From: Patescibacteria group bacterium | GTDB lineage: Bacteria; Patescibacteriota; Microgenomatia; Daviesbacterales; UBA10151 | NCBI GenBank assembly: GCA_023379125.1 | Contig: JAMCSY010000004.1 | Span: forward strand, 1 to 56,478 | DNA length: 56,478 nucleotides | Direction: 5' to 3' | Notes under the pieces: model-generated | Told to the model about the DNA's origin: nothing | Databases searched by the model: none | Seen by the model: only the letters and a program-made list of their open reading frames with translations | Program-made: the position numbers and the translations under genes | Shown: piece after piece, positions 47,705 to 56,478 of the stretch | Position numbering within the stretch: the first letter of the stretch is position 1 | How the letters are laid out: each line of letters begins with the position of its first letter

Positions 47705-48634
47705 ATGAGCCTGCTCAAAAAAATACTTTTTGCTCCTCTATTTTTATTTGCTTTGGCTGAATTTATTAATCAACTAAAGCAATATTTGCTTAATCCCTAT
47801 ATAATTTTTAATTTAGACCAAGCCACCTTGTTGGGTATCTTACTCTTATTGGGATTGTTAATTTTGGCTAGCTTGTTGTTTGGAGTTTTTCTTACACTGG
47901 CTAATGATTGGAAAATTGTTGCTCCAGTGATTTTATGTGCTGCAATCTTACCTATTGCTTTACTCAATCAACCAATTAATACTATCAATCCTGTTAGTTT
48001 TATTCTCGCTGGAGGATTAGTTTTTATTTTGGGCTTTGTGTTTGTGGTACTTCACGCTAACCTAGCCTCCTATTTAACCTTTCAACCCAACATCATAATC
48101 AGCCCAGCCATCAAACAAACAATCGCTTTAATTTTAATACTAGTAAGCTTCACCTACTATCTTAGTGCTAACATGCTTATTGCCAAAGGAGGTTTTACTA
48201 TTCCAGATTCAGTTTTCAATTTTGCCTTACAGTTTATACCTAGCAGCGAGCTTCCTAGTACCCAATCACTTTCTAGCCAGTTACAAGTTACTCCAGAACA
48301 GCTACAGCTTCTTCAGCAAAACCCTCAGCTACTGCAGGCCTATGGTTTAGATCCCAGCATCCTCAATAATCTGCAAACTAGCAGTCCCCAAACTACAGCT
48401 AACAGCCTGATCAAGCAAACTCTACAGCAAGAATTTCAAAAAATGCTTGCTCCCTATCAGCAATATATTCCCATCCTTTTAGCAATTCTTTTTTATTTTA
48501 CTCTGCAGTTTATCACGATGTTTTTGAACTTACTGATCCCAGTTTTTATCTGGTTAGTTTTCCTCATTTTAGAAAAAACAGCTTTTGTCAAGTTTACAGT
48601 GGAGATGAGGGAAGTCAAAAAATTAGTAGTCTAA
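47705..48634 (+). CDS. Hypothetical polytopic membrane protein
   Basis: 309-aa ORF with several hydrophobic helices and a Q/L-rich loop. Confidence 0.65.
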   Translation: MSLLKKILFAPLFLFALAEFINQLKQYLLNPYIIFNLDQATLLGILLLLGLLILASLLFGVFLTLANDWKIVAPVILCAAILPIALLNQPINTINPVSFILAGGLVFILGFVFVVLHANLASYLTFQPNIIISPAIKQTIALILILVSFTYYLSANMLIAKGGFTIPDSVFNFALQFIPSSELPSTQSLSSQLQVTPEQLQLLQQNPQLLQAYGLDPSILNNLQTSSPQTTANSLIKQTLQQEFQKMLAPYQQYIPILLAILFYFTLQFITMFLNLLIPVFIWLVFLILEKTAFVKFTVEMREVKKLVV

Positions 48635-49024
48635 TTATTTTAGTTTTTTCAATAGTGAAGCCGGAGTTTTGATAATTTCTCTGATAAGCACTAGTCTACA
48701 CAATTCATTATCTTGGTCAGATAAGGCATAAACTGGTTTACCTAGGGCTACAGCACAACCAAGCTCCAAAGTCACACTTACTCCAGAGTATCCCTCTTTA
48801 TTGTAGAGATAAACCACATCTGCCATCTTGATTTTGTAAAAATGATCATGGGTTAAACCGAGGGCAATAAATTTCTTATATTGATCAGATAATTTCCCCC
48901 ATTCTTCTTGGCCAGAATGCAAATATGGTTCATAAACAACTACACCAAATTGCCTTAGCTTTTGGGCAAAAGCTCTGATTTCTGATTTAAAGCGTTTTGA
49001 TCCACAAATAACAACACTTTTCAT
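48635..49024 (-). CDS. Small Rossmann-like protein, possibly of the nucleoside 2-deoxyribosyltransferase-like superfamily
   Basis: MKSVVICGS... and SVTLELGCAVALGKPVYAL resemble the conserved Glu-containing motif of that superfamily. The match is weak. Confidence 0.45.
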   Translation of the reverse strand: MKSVVICGSKRFKSEIRAFAQKLRQFGVVVYEPYLHSGQEEWGKLSDQYKKFIALGLTHDHFYKIKMADVVYLYNKEGYSGVSVTLELGCAVALGKPVYALSDQDNELCRLVLIREIIKTPASLLKKLK

Positions 49025-49065
49025 ATAGTTAGAATATTTTCCACCAGTCAGGTCTTACTTTGAGT

Positions 49066-49371
49066 TTAATCATTCCCTGCTTTGTCTTGCCACAATCTCA
49101 AGATATCTTGAAAATACTGATCTCCCTCAGCTAATTTCCTGATTTTCAGAATAGGTAAAACAAGTTGATCAATACCAAGAAATCTGAGATGACATTGTTT
49201 GGCTGCTTGTTCACTTAAAGGACAAACAGGAACATGCTCTTGCATTAAACAATAAGCATCCTGAACAAAGGGGCATTTCGACTGAAGATTAGGTACACTC
49301 GATAAATTATTTAATAAGTGTTTTATCCACCATTCGCCAAGTCCTGGTGGTAAATCATACTCTGCTGTCAT
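49066..49371 (-). CDS. Small Cys-rich hypothetical protein
   Basis: 101-aa ORF containing CPFVQDAYCLMQEHVPVCPLSEQAAKQC. Confidence 0.45.
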   Translation of the reverse strand: MTAEYDLPPGLGEWWIKHLLNNLSSVPNLQSKCPFVQDAYCLMQEHVPVCPLSEQAAKQCHLRFLGIDQLVLPILKIRKLAEGDQYFQDILRLWQDKAGND

Positions 49372-49405
49372 TATTACTCCTCAGGGAGATTTATTATACA
49401 CTCTA

Positions 49406-51544
49406 TTACAAGTTTAATGGCTCCATCTCTCCCCAGTTAGGACCCATTTTCAGTTCAGCTATTACTGGGACAGAAAGTTTGAGAGCATTCTCCATCTTAA
49501 TCTTAACCATCTGAGCTACTTCCCTAATAACTTGAGGATCAGATTCAAAAAGCAGCTCGTCATGAACTTGCAAAATCATCTTGCTTTTGAATTGACCCAA
49601 CTCTTTATCAATTTCCACCATTGCTTTTTTGATCATGTCTGCCGCAGTTCCTTGGACTGGATGATTAATTGCTGCTCGCTCACCAGCTGCCTGAAACATC
49701 CGATTTTGGGAAGATAACTCAGGAAAATATCTTCTTCTACCCCACATTGTTTCCACAAAACCTTTTTCTCTGGCTTCTTGTAAAGTTTTAGCCATCCAAT
49801 TGCGCACCTGCGGGAATTGGGCAAAGTATTCCTCAATATATTGCTTGGCTGTAGCAAAATCCACTCCTAATTGCCGTGACAGCGCGTGTGCTCCTTGACC
49901 ATAAAGAGTAGCAAAATTCATTGTTTTACCCACCATTCTTTGTTCTTTACTAACCTGGTCCAAGGGAACTTTAAAAATTTTTGAGGCCGTTAGTTTGTGA
50001 ATATCTACCCCCTCCTGAAAAGCTCTCTTTAAGCCTGAGTCATCAGCTAAATGTGCCATCACGCGCAGTTCAATCTGCGAGTAATCAGCCCCTAATAAGA
50101 GCTTGTCTTGAGGCACAATAAATATTTTCCTAATTTCTGAACCAAGTTGACCCTTGATCGGAATATTTTGCAGGTTGGGATTTTGTGACGAAAGTCTGCC
50201 AGTGGCTGCTCCTTCTACATTAAAAGTAGAGTGGATCCGCCCGTCATCTTGAACATACTTGGGTAACGCATCAATGTAGGTTGAGATTAATTTAAATAGT
50301 TGCCTGTACTCTAAAATTAGTGAAACTACAGGATGTGCATCTTTTAACTGTAACAGGCTTTCTTCATCAGTTGACCTACCCGTTTTAGTCTTTTTCACTA
50401 CTGGCAGTTGTAACTCATCAAAAAGTAGTTCCGAAAGCTGCTTTGGACTATTAATATTAATCTGATGACCGATAGTGGAGTAAATATTGTCCTCTAGTTT
50501 AGCTAATTTACTTTTTAAATCCTCACCAAACTCATTCAATAATTTGAGATTAATCAATACTCCATTGGCAGTCATTTTTTGTAAAACAGCTTCTGTCTGT
50601 TCATCTAGCTGAGTAATCTGTGTATTAGAATTTTTATCACTTATATTATCATTAGAGGATATTATATTTGCCGTGCTATCAAGTCCTGGTATTTTGCTTA
50701 TTAAGCTTTTAAAGTCTAACTGTTCAAAAATTGTTACAACCTGAGATGGATCAAAATCCATTAATTTACACGATTCAAGATCAAGCCTAATTGGCACTTC
50801 TGTTTCCAGGGTTGCGAGTTTTTTGCTCATTTGGGCTGACTCAAATCCGTCCTCAAGCAACTGCTTAGTTCGAACAGGCAAATCATCAAGATGAAGGTAA
50901 ATTGTTTCCAGAGTTTGATACTGGTGTACAAGTTTGGTCGCAGTAACCTCTCCTATTCCAGGTACCCCGGGAATGTTATCCGAAGTATCACCAGCCAAGG
51001 CTTTATAATCTACTAAATTTTGGGGAGTAAAACCAAATCTGGCAGCAAATTCCTCTTCTCCATAAAGCCCAACATCGTTCAAAGTCTTCTTGGGCATCAG
51101 TACCTTAATCTTCTGATCAATCAGCTGCATAATATCTCGATCACCAGTCACAATCACAATTTCATCTATTTCCTTTAACTTTTCTGCTTGTTTGGCCAAA
51201 GCTCCAACCAAATCATCAGCTTCAAAACCTGGCAGTTTATACTCAGGAATATTAAAAGCCTTAGTAATTGCAAAAACTCGATCATATTGAGCACTTAAAG
51301 CTTCATCAGCAGGTCCACGGTTAGCTTTATATTCAGCATATTGAGCATGCCTAAAAGTTGGTGCTTTCATATCCCAAGCAATTGCCAAATACTCAGGATG
51401 AAGCTGCTCAAAAGTTTTTAATAGCATCAGCGAAAAACCATAAACAGCATTAACCAGCTCACCTGATTTGGTGGAAAGTGGTGGTGTAGCATGATAAGCC
51501 CGATGTAAAAGTGCATTGCCATCTATTAAAACCAATCTTTTCAT
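49406..51544 (-). CDS. polA: DNA polymerase I (5' nuclease plus polymerase domains; the 3'-5' exonuclease-like domain is apparently absent)
   Basis: N-terminal 5'-3' exonuclease region (LIDGNALLHRAYHA, GDRDIMQL). Polymerase motifs A DYSQIELRV, B GKTMNFATLYGQG and C QVHDEL. Confidence 0.9.
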   Translation of the reverse strand: MKRLVLIDGNALLHRAYHATPPLSTKSGELVNAVYGFSLMLLKTFEQLHPEYLAIAWDMKAPTFRHAQYAEYKANRGPADEALSAQYDRVFAITKAFNIPEYKLPGFEADDLVGALAKQAEKLKEIDEIVIVTGDRDIMQLIDQKIKVLMPKKTLNDVGLYGEEEFAARFGFTPQNLVDYKALAGDTSDNIPGVPGIGEVTATKLVHQYQTLETIYLHLDDLPVRTKQLLEDGFESAQMSKKLATLETEVPIRLDLESCKLMDFDPSQVVTIFEQLDFKSLISKIPGLDSTANIISSNDNISDKNSNTQITQLDEQTEAVLQKMTANGVLINLKLLNEFGEDLKSKLAKLEDNIYSTIGHQININSPKQLSELLFDELQLPVVKKTKTGRSTDEESLLQLKDAHPVVSLILEYRQLFKLISTYIDALPKYVQDDGRIHSTFNVEGAATGRLSSQNPNLQNIPIKGQLGSEIRKIFIVPQDKLLLGADYSQIELRVMAHLADDSGLKRAFQEGVDIHKLTASKIFKVPLDQVSKEQRMVGKTMNFATLYGQGAHALSRQLGVDFATAKQYIEEYFAQFPQVRNWMAKTLQEAREKGFVETMWGRRRYFPELSSQNRMFQAAGERAAINHPVQGTAADMIKKAMVEIDKELGQFKSKMILQVHDELLFESDPQVIREVAQMVKIKMENALKLSVPVIAELKMGPNWGEMEPLNL

Positions 51545-51594
51545 TTATTGGGAATATAGCTGCATTGTAGCAGAAACAGTTTCTTCAGACAGCC

Positions 51595-52848
51595 CTATGT
51601 ACGTGTCTTTCTTACTTGCTTCCTACCATATGTTAAACTCCATACTGAGGTCAAGCTGTCGATTACTTCCCAGAGAATATAGTTATCCATATCAAATTTG
51701 TCTGGAAGTTGATAACCAAGATTGGTCAATTCACGATAATAAAAACCAGTAATTTGCCAACGAGGGCCTTTCCATAGTAGTGGGTAATGTTTTAAAGAAG
51801 ACAAGATTTCTGCTTGAATACCACTAATATGATGATAATCTGCATCCACAGTTTGATCTAGAATTTTTGCTTCTGCTTGACTAGACAAGGCATCAACACG
51901 CGCCCGATCGCCAGTATACAATCCATTGACTATACCGTTTAGATAAATCCTAGTAGCAAGATGGTCACTTTTTGTTTTGACCGCTCTTTGCTTGTATAAA
52001 TTGAAGCGGAAACTTCTCAAGAGTTTCTCAATGATGACCCTCACCCGTTCTCTGGTTATTCCTACGGTTTGACCAATCTCTGCGAGAGTATGAGGAAAGG
52101 TATCATTCAATCCAAAACGTAACTGCATAATTAACCTATTCCTCTGGTTCTGAAAAGTAACCATACTGAGAGTATTTACTAAAGTTTCTTTCCATTCAGC
52201 TAAATCCATTCCTCTTAGTAACTGTGCTATCTGATTTTGCTCAACTGCTAATGCTCTTTCTCCATCTAGCAGAGAAATTAAAAAAGGCTGGGAGATCTGC
52301 CTTTGATACAACTCTATTGCATGATGAATGCGCAAGCTCGAATCATGAAGGTGAGTTTCTCGAGAAGAATTTAGTTGATTTAGTGAATTGTTTTGTTGAT
52401 CAGTGTCCTGCTTACCTAAACTATCAAACTCCTGCAAACTAGTCTCAATCCCTTGGGAGATTAAGTCCGTTTCATCAAGTGAAGAATTTGATTCTTTGGT
52501 TTGCTTTTCCACGCTATGCACCACACTACTCAACAGATTCCCTATCCAAACTTGCCGAGCAGAATCTTGCCAAGAAGGCTCATCAGAATTAGCTAACTGC
52601 AGACAGCGCTGAGTCACATTTACTCCAAACGAGCCTATTTTCTTAGATAACCTACGATAAGAGGCTAGATCTAGGCTCTCTTCTTGTAAAAGCTCAGCCC
52701 AACATAAATTTATCCTGTCTGATTCTGTTTTGATAAATTGATCTAAGGATTCGCCAGTCAAGCCGAAACCTCGCCAGACAGTTTTTTGAATCGTCGTATC
52801 AGCTTCTATCATGCTGAATATTATAGGATATAATACAGCATAAATCAA
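51595..52848 (-). CDS. Sigma-70 region 4-containing protein with a long C-terminal extension (atypical sigma-like factor)
   Basis: RNRLIMQLRFGLNDTFPHTLAEIGQTVGITRERVRVIIEKLLRSFR is a canonical region 4.2 HTH. I could not recognise a region 2. Confidence 0.55.
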   Translation of the reverse strand: MIYAVLYPIIFSMIEADTTIQKTVWRGFGLTGESLDQFIKTESDRINLCWAELLQEESLDLASYRRLSKKIGSFGVNVTQRCLQLANSDEPSWQDSARQVWIGNLLSSVVHSVEKQTKESNSSLDETDLISQGIETSLQEFDSLGKQDTDQQNNSLNQLNSSRETHLHDSSLRIHHAIELYQRQISQPFLISLLDGERALAVEQNQIAQLLRGMDLAEWKETLVNTLSMVTFQNQRNRLIMQLRFGLNDTFPHTLAEIGQTVGITRERVRVIIEKLLRSFRFNLYKQRAVKTKSDHLATRIYLNGIVNGLYTGDRARVDALSSQAEAKILDQTVDADYHHISGIQAEILSSLKHYPLLWKGPRWQITGFYYRELTNLGYQLPDKFDMDNYILWEVIDSLTSVWSLTYGRKQVRKTRT

Positions 52849-52859
52849 ACTTAACTGAG

Positions 52860-54701
52860 TTATTTTGTAGTTTTTTTACCCACAATTTTTTCAAATTCTT
52901 CCGACTCAAGTGTCTCTTTCTCTAGCAGAGCTTTAGCTACTTCTTCAAACTTTATTTGATGAGATTTTAAGAGTTTCTCTGCTTCCACCGCACTATTACT
53001 TAAGATTTTTTCTACTTCCTCATCTACCCTATCCTGCAGCTTAGGAGAGATTGTTGTTCCATCTTCAGGCATCCTCATCCAAGCTCCAAACATTGATTTA
53101 GGCCGAGAAGCAATTGGCCCAAGTGGAGACATTCCATAATCCATCACCATCGCTCGTGCGATTGCTGTGGCTATTTCTAAATCAGACGCTGCTCCAGTTG
53201 AGATATCTTTGAATTTCAGCTTTTCTGCTGCTTGTCCACCCAAGGCGGTAGTAATCTGATCAAGCAGTCTAGATTTTGTTTCGTTTGACCGATCCTGAGA
53301 AGGCGGAAACATTGTGTGACCTCCTGACACACCTCGCGAGACAATAGTAATCCGGTGAATCGGATCAATACCTTTTAAGAAATGACCCACAATGGCATGC
53401 CCCGCCTCGTGATAAGCCGACAGTTTACGATCCTCCTCAGTCTGCATCCGGCTTCTTCTGGGTCCTAATTTCTCTTTGGTTGCCGCTTCTTCTAAATCTT
53501 TGGGGTCAATTGCCTTCTTGCCTTCACGCGCAGCCAAAATTGCTGCTTCATTGAGCATATTGGCTATATCCGCGCCAGAAAAACCAACTGTTCGTCTGGC
53601 TAACCTATCTACTTCAACTTCTTTAGTAAAAGGCTTGCCTTTCATATGTAATTGAATAATTGCTTTTCTTTCTTCTAAATCAGGAAGACCCAGCACAACA
53701 CGACGATCAAAGCGGCCAGGTCTAATTAAGGCTGAATCCAGTAAATCTGGTCTATTGGTAGCTCCTAAGACAATCACGTGATCATTAGGTGTAAACCCAT
53801 CCATTTCTACCAAGATTTGATTTAATGTTTGTTCGCGCTCATCATGACCACCAGAAATTCCCATCCCACGCATCCGCCCGATCGACTCGATCTCATCGAT
53901 AAAAATAATTGCTGGTGCGCTTTTTTTAGCTTGGGCAAACATATCTCTGACCCTGGCAGCTCCCACACCAACTAATATTTCCATAAATTCTGATCCAGCA
54001 ATGGAGAAAAATGGCACATTAGCCTCACCAGCCACCGCTCTGGCTAAAAGTGTCTTACCAACTCCAGCTGGTCCTACTAGTAACACTCCTTTTGGAATCC
54101 TGGCGCCCAAAGACTTAAATTTTTCTGGGGTTTTTAAAAATTCCACTACCTCAGAGAGCTCTTTTTTCGCTTCATCAACTCCCGCGACATCGGAAAATTT
54201 AATCTGTGGTTGATCTTTGGAAAAAACCTTAGCCCTACTTTGGGCAAAAGAAAAAATCCCCTGACCTGCTTCTCTGGCCTGCCTAAAAATCAAGAAGAAA
54301 AAGCCTACCATTAATAAAATTGGCAAAACTGTGCCTAAAATTGACAGCCAAGCTTGTTGTGAAGAAGTATCAATTACATCAATGGTCACATTATTAGGAT
54401 CTACCCCAGCATCTTTTAAAACCTGATAGATCGAATCACTGGTTTCTTTCACTGAAGTAGCTGTTTGACCATTTTTATAATCAACAGTGATTTTGTCATT
54501 TTCCAGGGTCAGTTTGCTAACCTGATTGTCCTTCACATCAGTAATTACTTGGGAGATAGGGATTTGGTTAGAGTTTTTGCCTGTACCAGTAATATTGATA
54601 AAAAAAATCAAGGCAGCCAGACCAATTAAAAAGTAGACTAGCAAGCCTTTAGCAGCGTTGATTAATCTTTTTGAGTTTATTTTTGATTTATGATTCGCCA
54701 T
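52860..54701 (-). CDS. ftsH: ATP-dependent zinc metalloprotease FtsH
   Basis: Walker A motif GPAGVGKT, Walker B motif [11 protein letters not shown] region, and zinc motif HEAGHAI. Confidence 0.95.
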   Translation of the reverse strand: MANHKSKINSKRLINAAKGLLVYFLIGLAALIFFINITGTGKNSNQIPISQVITDVKDNQVSKLTLENDKITVDYKNGQTATSVKETSDSIYQVLKDAGVDPNNVTIDVIDTSSQQAWLSILGTVLPILLMVGFFFLIFRQAREAGQGIFSFAQSRAKVFSKDQPQIKFSDVAGVDEAKKELSEVVEFLKTPEKFKSLGARIPKGVLLVGPAGVGKTLLARAVAGEANVPFFSIAGSEFMEILVGVGAARVRDMFAQAKKSAPAIIFIDEIESIGRMRGMGISGGHDEREQTLNQILVEMDGFTPNDHVIVLGATNRPDLLDSALIRPGRFDRRVVLGLPDLEERKAIIQLHMKGKPFTKEVEVDRLARRTVGFSGADIANMLNEAAILAAREGKKAIDPKDLEEAATKEKLGPRRSRMQTEEDRKLSAYHEAGHAIVGHFLKGIDPIHRITIVSRGVSGGHTMFPPSQDRSNETKSRLLDQITTALGGQAAEKLKFKDISTGAASDLEIATAIARAMVMDYGMSPLGPIASRPKSMFGAWMRMPEDGTTISPKLQDRVDEEVEKILSNSAVEAEKLLKSHQIKFEEVAKALLEKETLESEEFEKIVGKKTTK

Positions 54702-54778
54702 AACAAATGGGAAAAAGTCAAATTATTCTAACATAAGGAGCATTAAAACACCAGCACTCTGGGAGTTAAATTGCTAAG

Positions 54779-55387
54779 TTAATGGTAGCCATTACCGTTG
54801 TGGTGAAAACCATTATGATATCCATTTATCGCATGTAATCGCATGTTCCCTAAACCCAAACGATGAGATATATCCAAACCATTAACTCCTGGTAGGTCAA
54901 GCTTAACTCCCCAATCAGAGTGACGATAATCTACGGTACGTAAATAAGGATAGCCTGCCATATCTTCAACACCCTCAAGGCGATGAATAAATGGTGGCAG
55001 TGCAGATGAGTCGATCACTCTGGCAATAGGCAACTTCCTATCAGCTACCCAAAAGTCACCTCTTGTATCAACCTCCAGCTTGAGCATAGCTGTGATCTCA
55101 CTGATCCCATTTAGTCTGTTTATGGATTGAGTCAATAATACCCAACCAAAAACCCGGCTCTGCTCCAATGGTTGCACAGAATTTAAACCATACTCCTTCC
55201 ACCAGGTTGATAAGTTGGGATAAGAATGTCTCAGAGCCTGTACCAAATCGACTGATGGTTTATAAGTTGCTTCCAAAATAGGTAATGCTACTGTGGTGCT
55301 AACTTCAGAAGCTTTCTCGCTCAGCAGAGCAAACTGCTCATTCAAAGCATTAGAATCCAACCCTCTTGTTTCCCCATCACGAAACAT
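54779..55387 (-). CDS. Hypothetical protein with a His-rich C-terminus
   Basis: 202-aa ORF ending in HAINGYHNGFHHNGNGYH. Confidence 0.5.
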   Translation of the reverse strand: MFRDGETRGLDSNALNEQFALLSEKASEVSTTVALPILEATYKPSVDLVQALRHSYPNLSTWWKEYGLNSVQPLEQSRVFGWVLLTQSINRLNGISEITAMLKLEVDTRGDFWVADRKLPIARVIDSSALPPFIHRLEGVEDMAGYPYLRTVDYRHSDWGVKLDLPGVNGLDISHRLGLGNMRLHAINGYHNGFHHNGNGYH

Positions 55388-55430
55388 AGATAAACTATAG
55401 ATCTAATATTATGGGGTGTCAAGAAGAGAG

Positions 55431-55751
55431 TTATCTTATTCTTGCTCCAGGCTCAACTTTACTCTGAGGTTTTAAGATAACAGGCTTCTTACTATCAGCT
55501 GCTAGAATCATTCCTTGAGACTCATAACCCATCATCATCCTTGGCTCTAAATTAGCTACCACCACTATCTGTTTACCAATCAAGTTTTCAGCTTTATACC
55601 ACTTCTTGATACCTGCTAAAATTTGCCTGGGCTGCTCTTCACCCAAGTCTACTTGTAACTTAATTAGTTTGTCTGAACCAGCTAAGGCTTCTGCTGCTAA
55701 AATAGTCCCCACTTTTAACTCAATTTTAGCTATATCATCAATGGAAATCAT
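55431..55751 (-). CDS. tRNA-binding domain protein (CsaA / MetRS C-terminal-like)
   Basis: KIELKVGTILAAEALAGSDKLIKLQVDLGEE...IVVVANLEPRMMMGYESQGMILAA. Confidence 0.8.
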   Translation of the reverse strand: MISIDDIAKIELKVGTILAAEALAGSDKLIKLQVDLGEEQPRQILAGIKKWYKAENLIGKQIVVVANLEPRMMMGYESQGMILAADSKKPVILKPQSKVEPGARIR

Positions 55752-55752
55752 C

Positions 55753-56478
55753 TTAACCCAACCCTATCTTGTTTTTAACTTCTTGGACTGTTTTTTCTGC
55801 TAATGGTCTGACTTGATCTGCTCCTTGGGCAAGTAAGCTCTCTAGGTAAGCAGGGTCAGCCATCAACTCTGTATACTTTTGCTGCAAGGGTCTTAGACCT
55901 TCAATAATCGCCTCAGCAACAGCGCTTTTCAGTTCACCATAGCCTTTTCCCGCAAAAGCACTTTCTATCTCATGACGATCAACTCCAGTAAACAGTTGAT
56001 AAATTTCCAGTAGGTTATAGATACCAGGTTTTTGCAGATCAAATTTGATTTCCTGACCGGAATCAGTGGTAGCATGAGCAATTTTTGTTTTAATTTCATC
56101 TGGGCTATCAAGTAAATAAATTGCATGCCCAGTAGCAGTTTCACTTTTACTCATTTTTTTAGTGGGATCATCTAAGCCCATGATCCTGGCACCTTCTTTG
56201 GCAATTAAGGCTGCTGGTAATTTAAAAGTCTCCCCATACAAAGAGTTAAATCTTTGGGCTACATCTCTGGTTAGTTCAACATGCTGTTTTTGATCCTCCC
56301 CCACTGGCACTAAATCAGTTTGATAGAGCAAAATATCTGCAGCCATTAAGGCTGGATAATCCAGCAAACCAGTGGATACTTGCTGCCTTTGTTTAGCAGA
56401 TTTTTCTTTAAACTGGGTCATCCTCATCATCCAACCCACTGGCAAAAAGCAGTTCAAAATCCAAGCTAACTCTGTATG
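55753..56478 (-). CDS. trpS: Tryptophan--tRNA ligase, partial (N-terminus beyond the window)
   Basis: KMSKS motif (KKMSKSE) and VPVGEDQKQHVELTRDVAQRFN. The frame stays open upstream of the track start (HTELAWI-LNCFLPVGW) to base 56478. Confidence 0.9.
   Translation of the reverse strand, partial: HTELAWILNCFLPVGWMMRMTQFKEKSAKQRQQVSTGLLDYPALMAADILLYQTDLVPVGEDQKQHVELTRDVAQRFNSLYGETFKLPAALIAKEGARIMGLDDPTKKMSKSETATGHAIYLLDSPDEIKTKIAHATTDSGQEIKFDLQKPGIYNLLEIYQLFTGVDRHEIESAFAGKGYGELKSAVAEAIIEGLRPLQQKYTELMADPAYLESLLAQGADQVRPLAEKTVQEVKNKIGLG

Overview
AT-rich, gene-dense bacterial chromosome segment of about 56 kb. No transposase, integrase, CRISPR array or 23S/5S rRNA is visible. I infer, without being able to prove it here, a reduced-genome CPR/Patescibacteria-like (Microgenomates-type) organism. 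The grounds are a short, divergent 16S rRNA with mismatches at universal primer sites, an ATP-dependent DNA ligase, an EndoQ-like gene and a truncated Pol I. The left 11 kb is a three-gene minus-strand module of very large secreted proteins. One is a giant cohesin-bearing GH5-like enzyme of at least 1724 aa that runs off the window and is absent from the ORF track. It is preceded by two membrane-anchored dockerin/beta-propeller paralogs that share a 297-bp near-identical anchor module. The centre holds a stand-alone 16S rRNA transcription unit with its own promoter, a flanking processing stem and a terminator. Downstream of it lie tRNA-Cys, a FabD-like gene and tRNA-Ile(GAU). A plus-strand cluster of five secreted proteins (19.5-25.7 kb) contains two tandem fibre-like paralogs with a 772-bp identical 5' module and divergent C-terminal heads. 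The remainder is housekeeping: uppS with an envelope glycosylation cluster, pth, DNA ligase, recF, mutM, polA, ftsH and trpS. Recurrent sequence-level themes are sigma70-like promoters placed 6-9 nt from start codons (leaderless geometry), an in-frame TGA joining two ORFs, and a duplicated tRNA 5' fragment.
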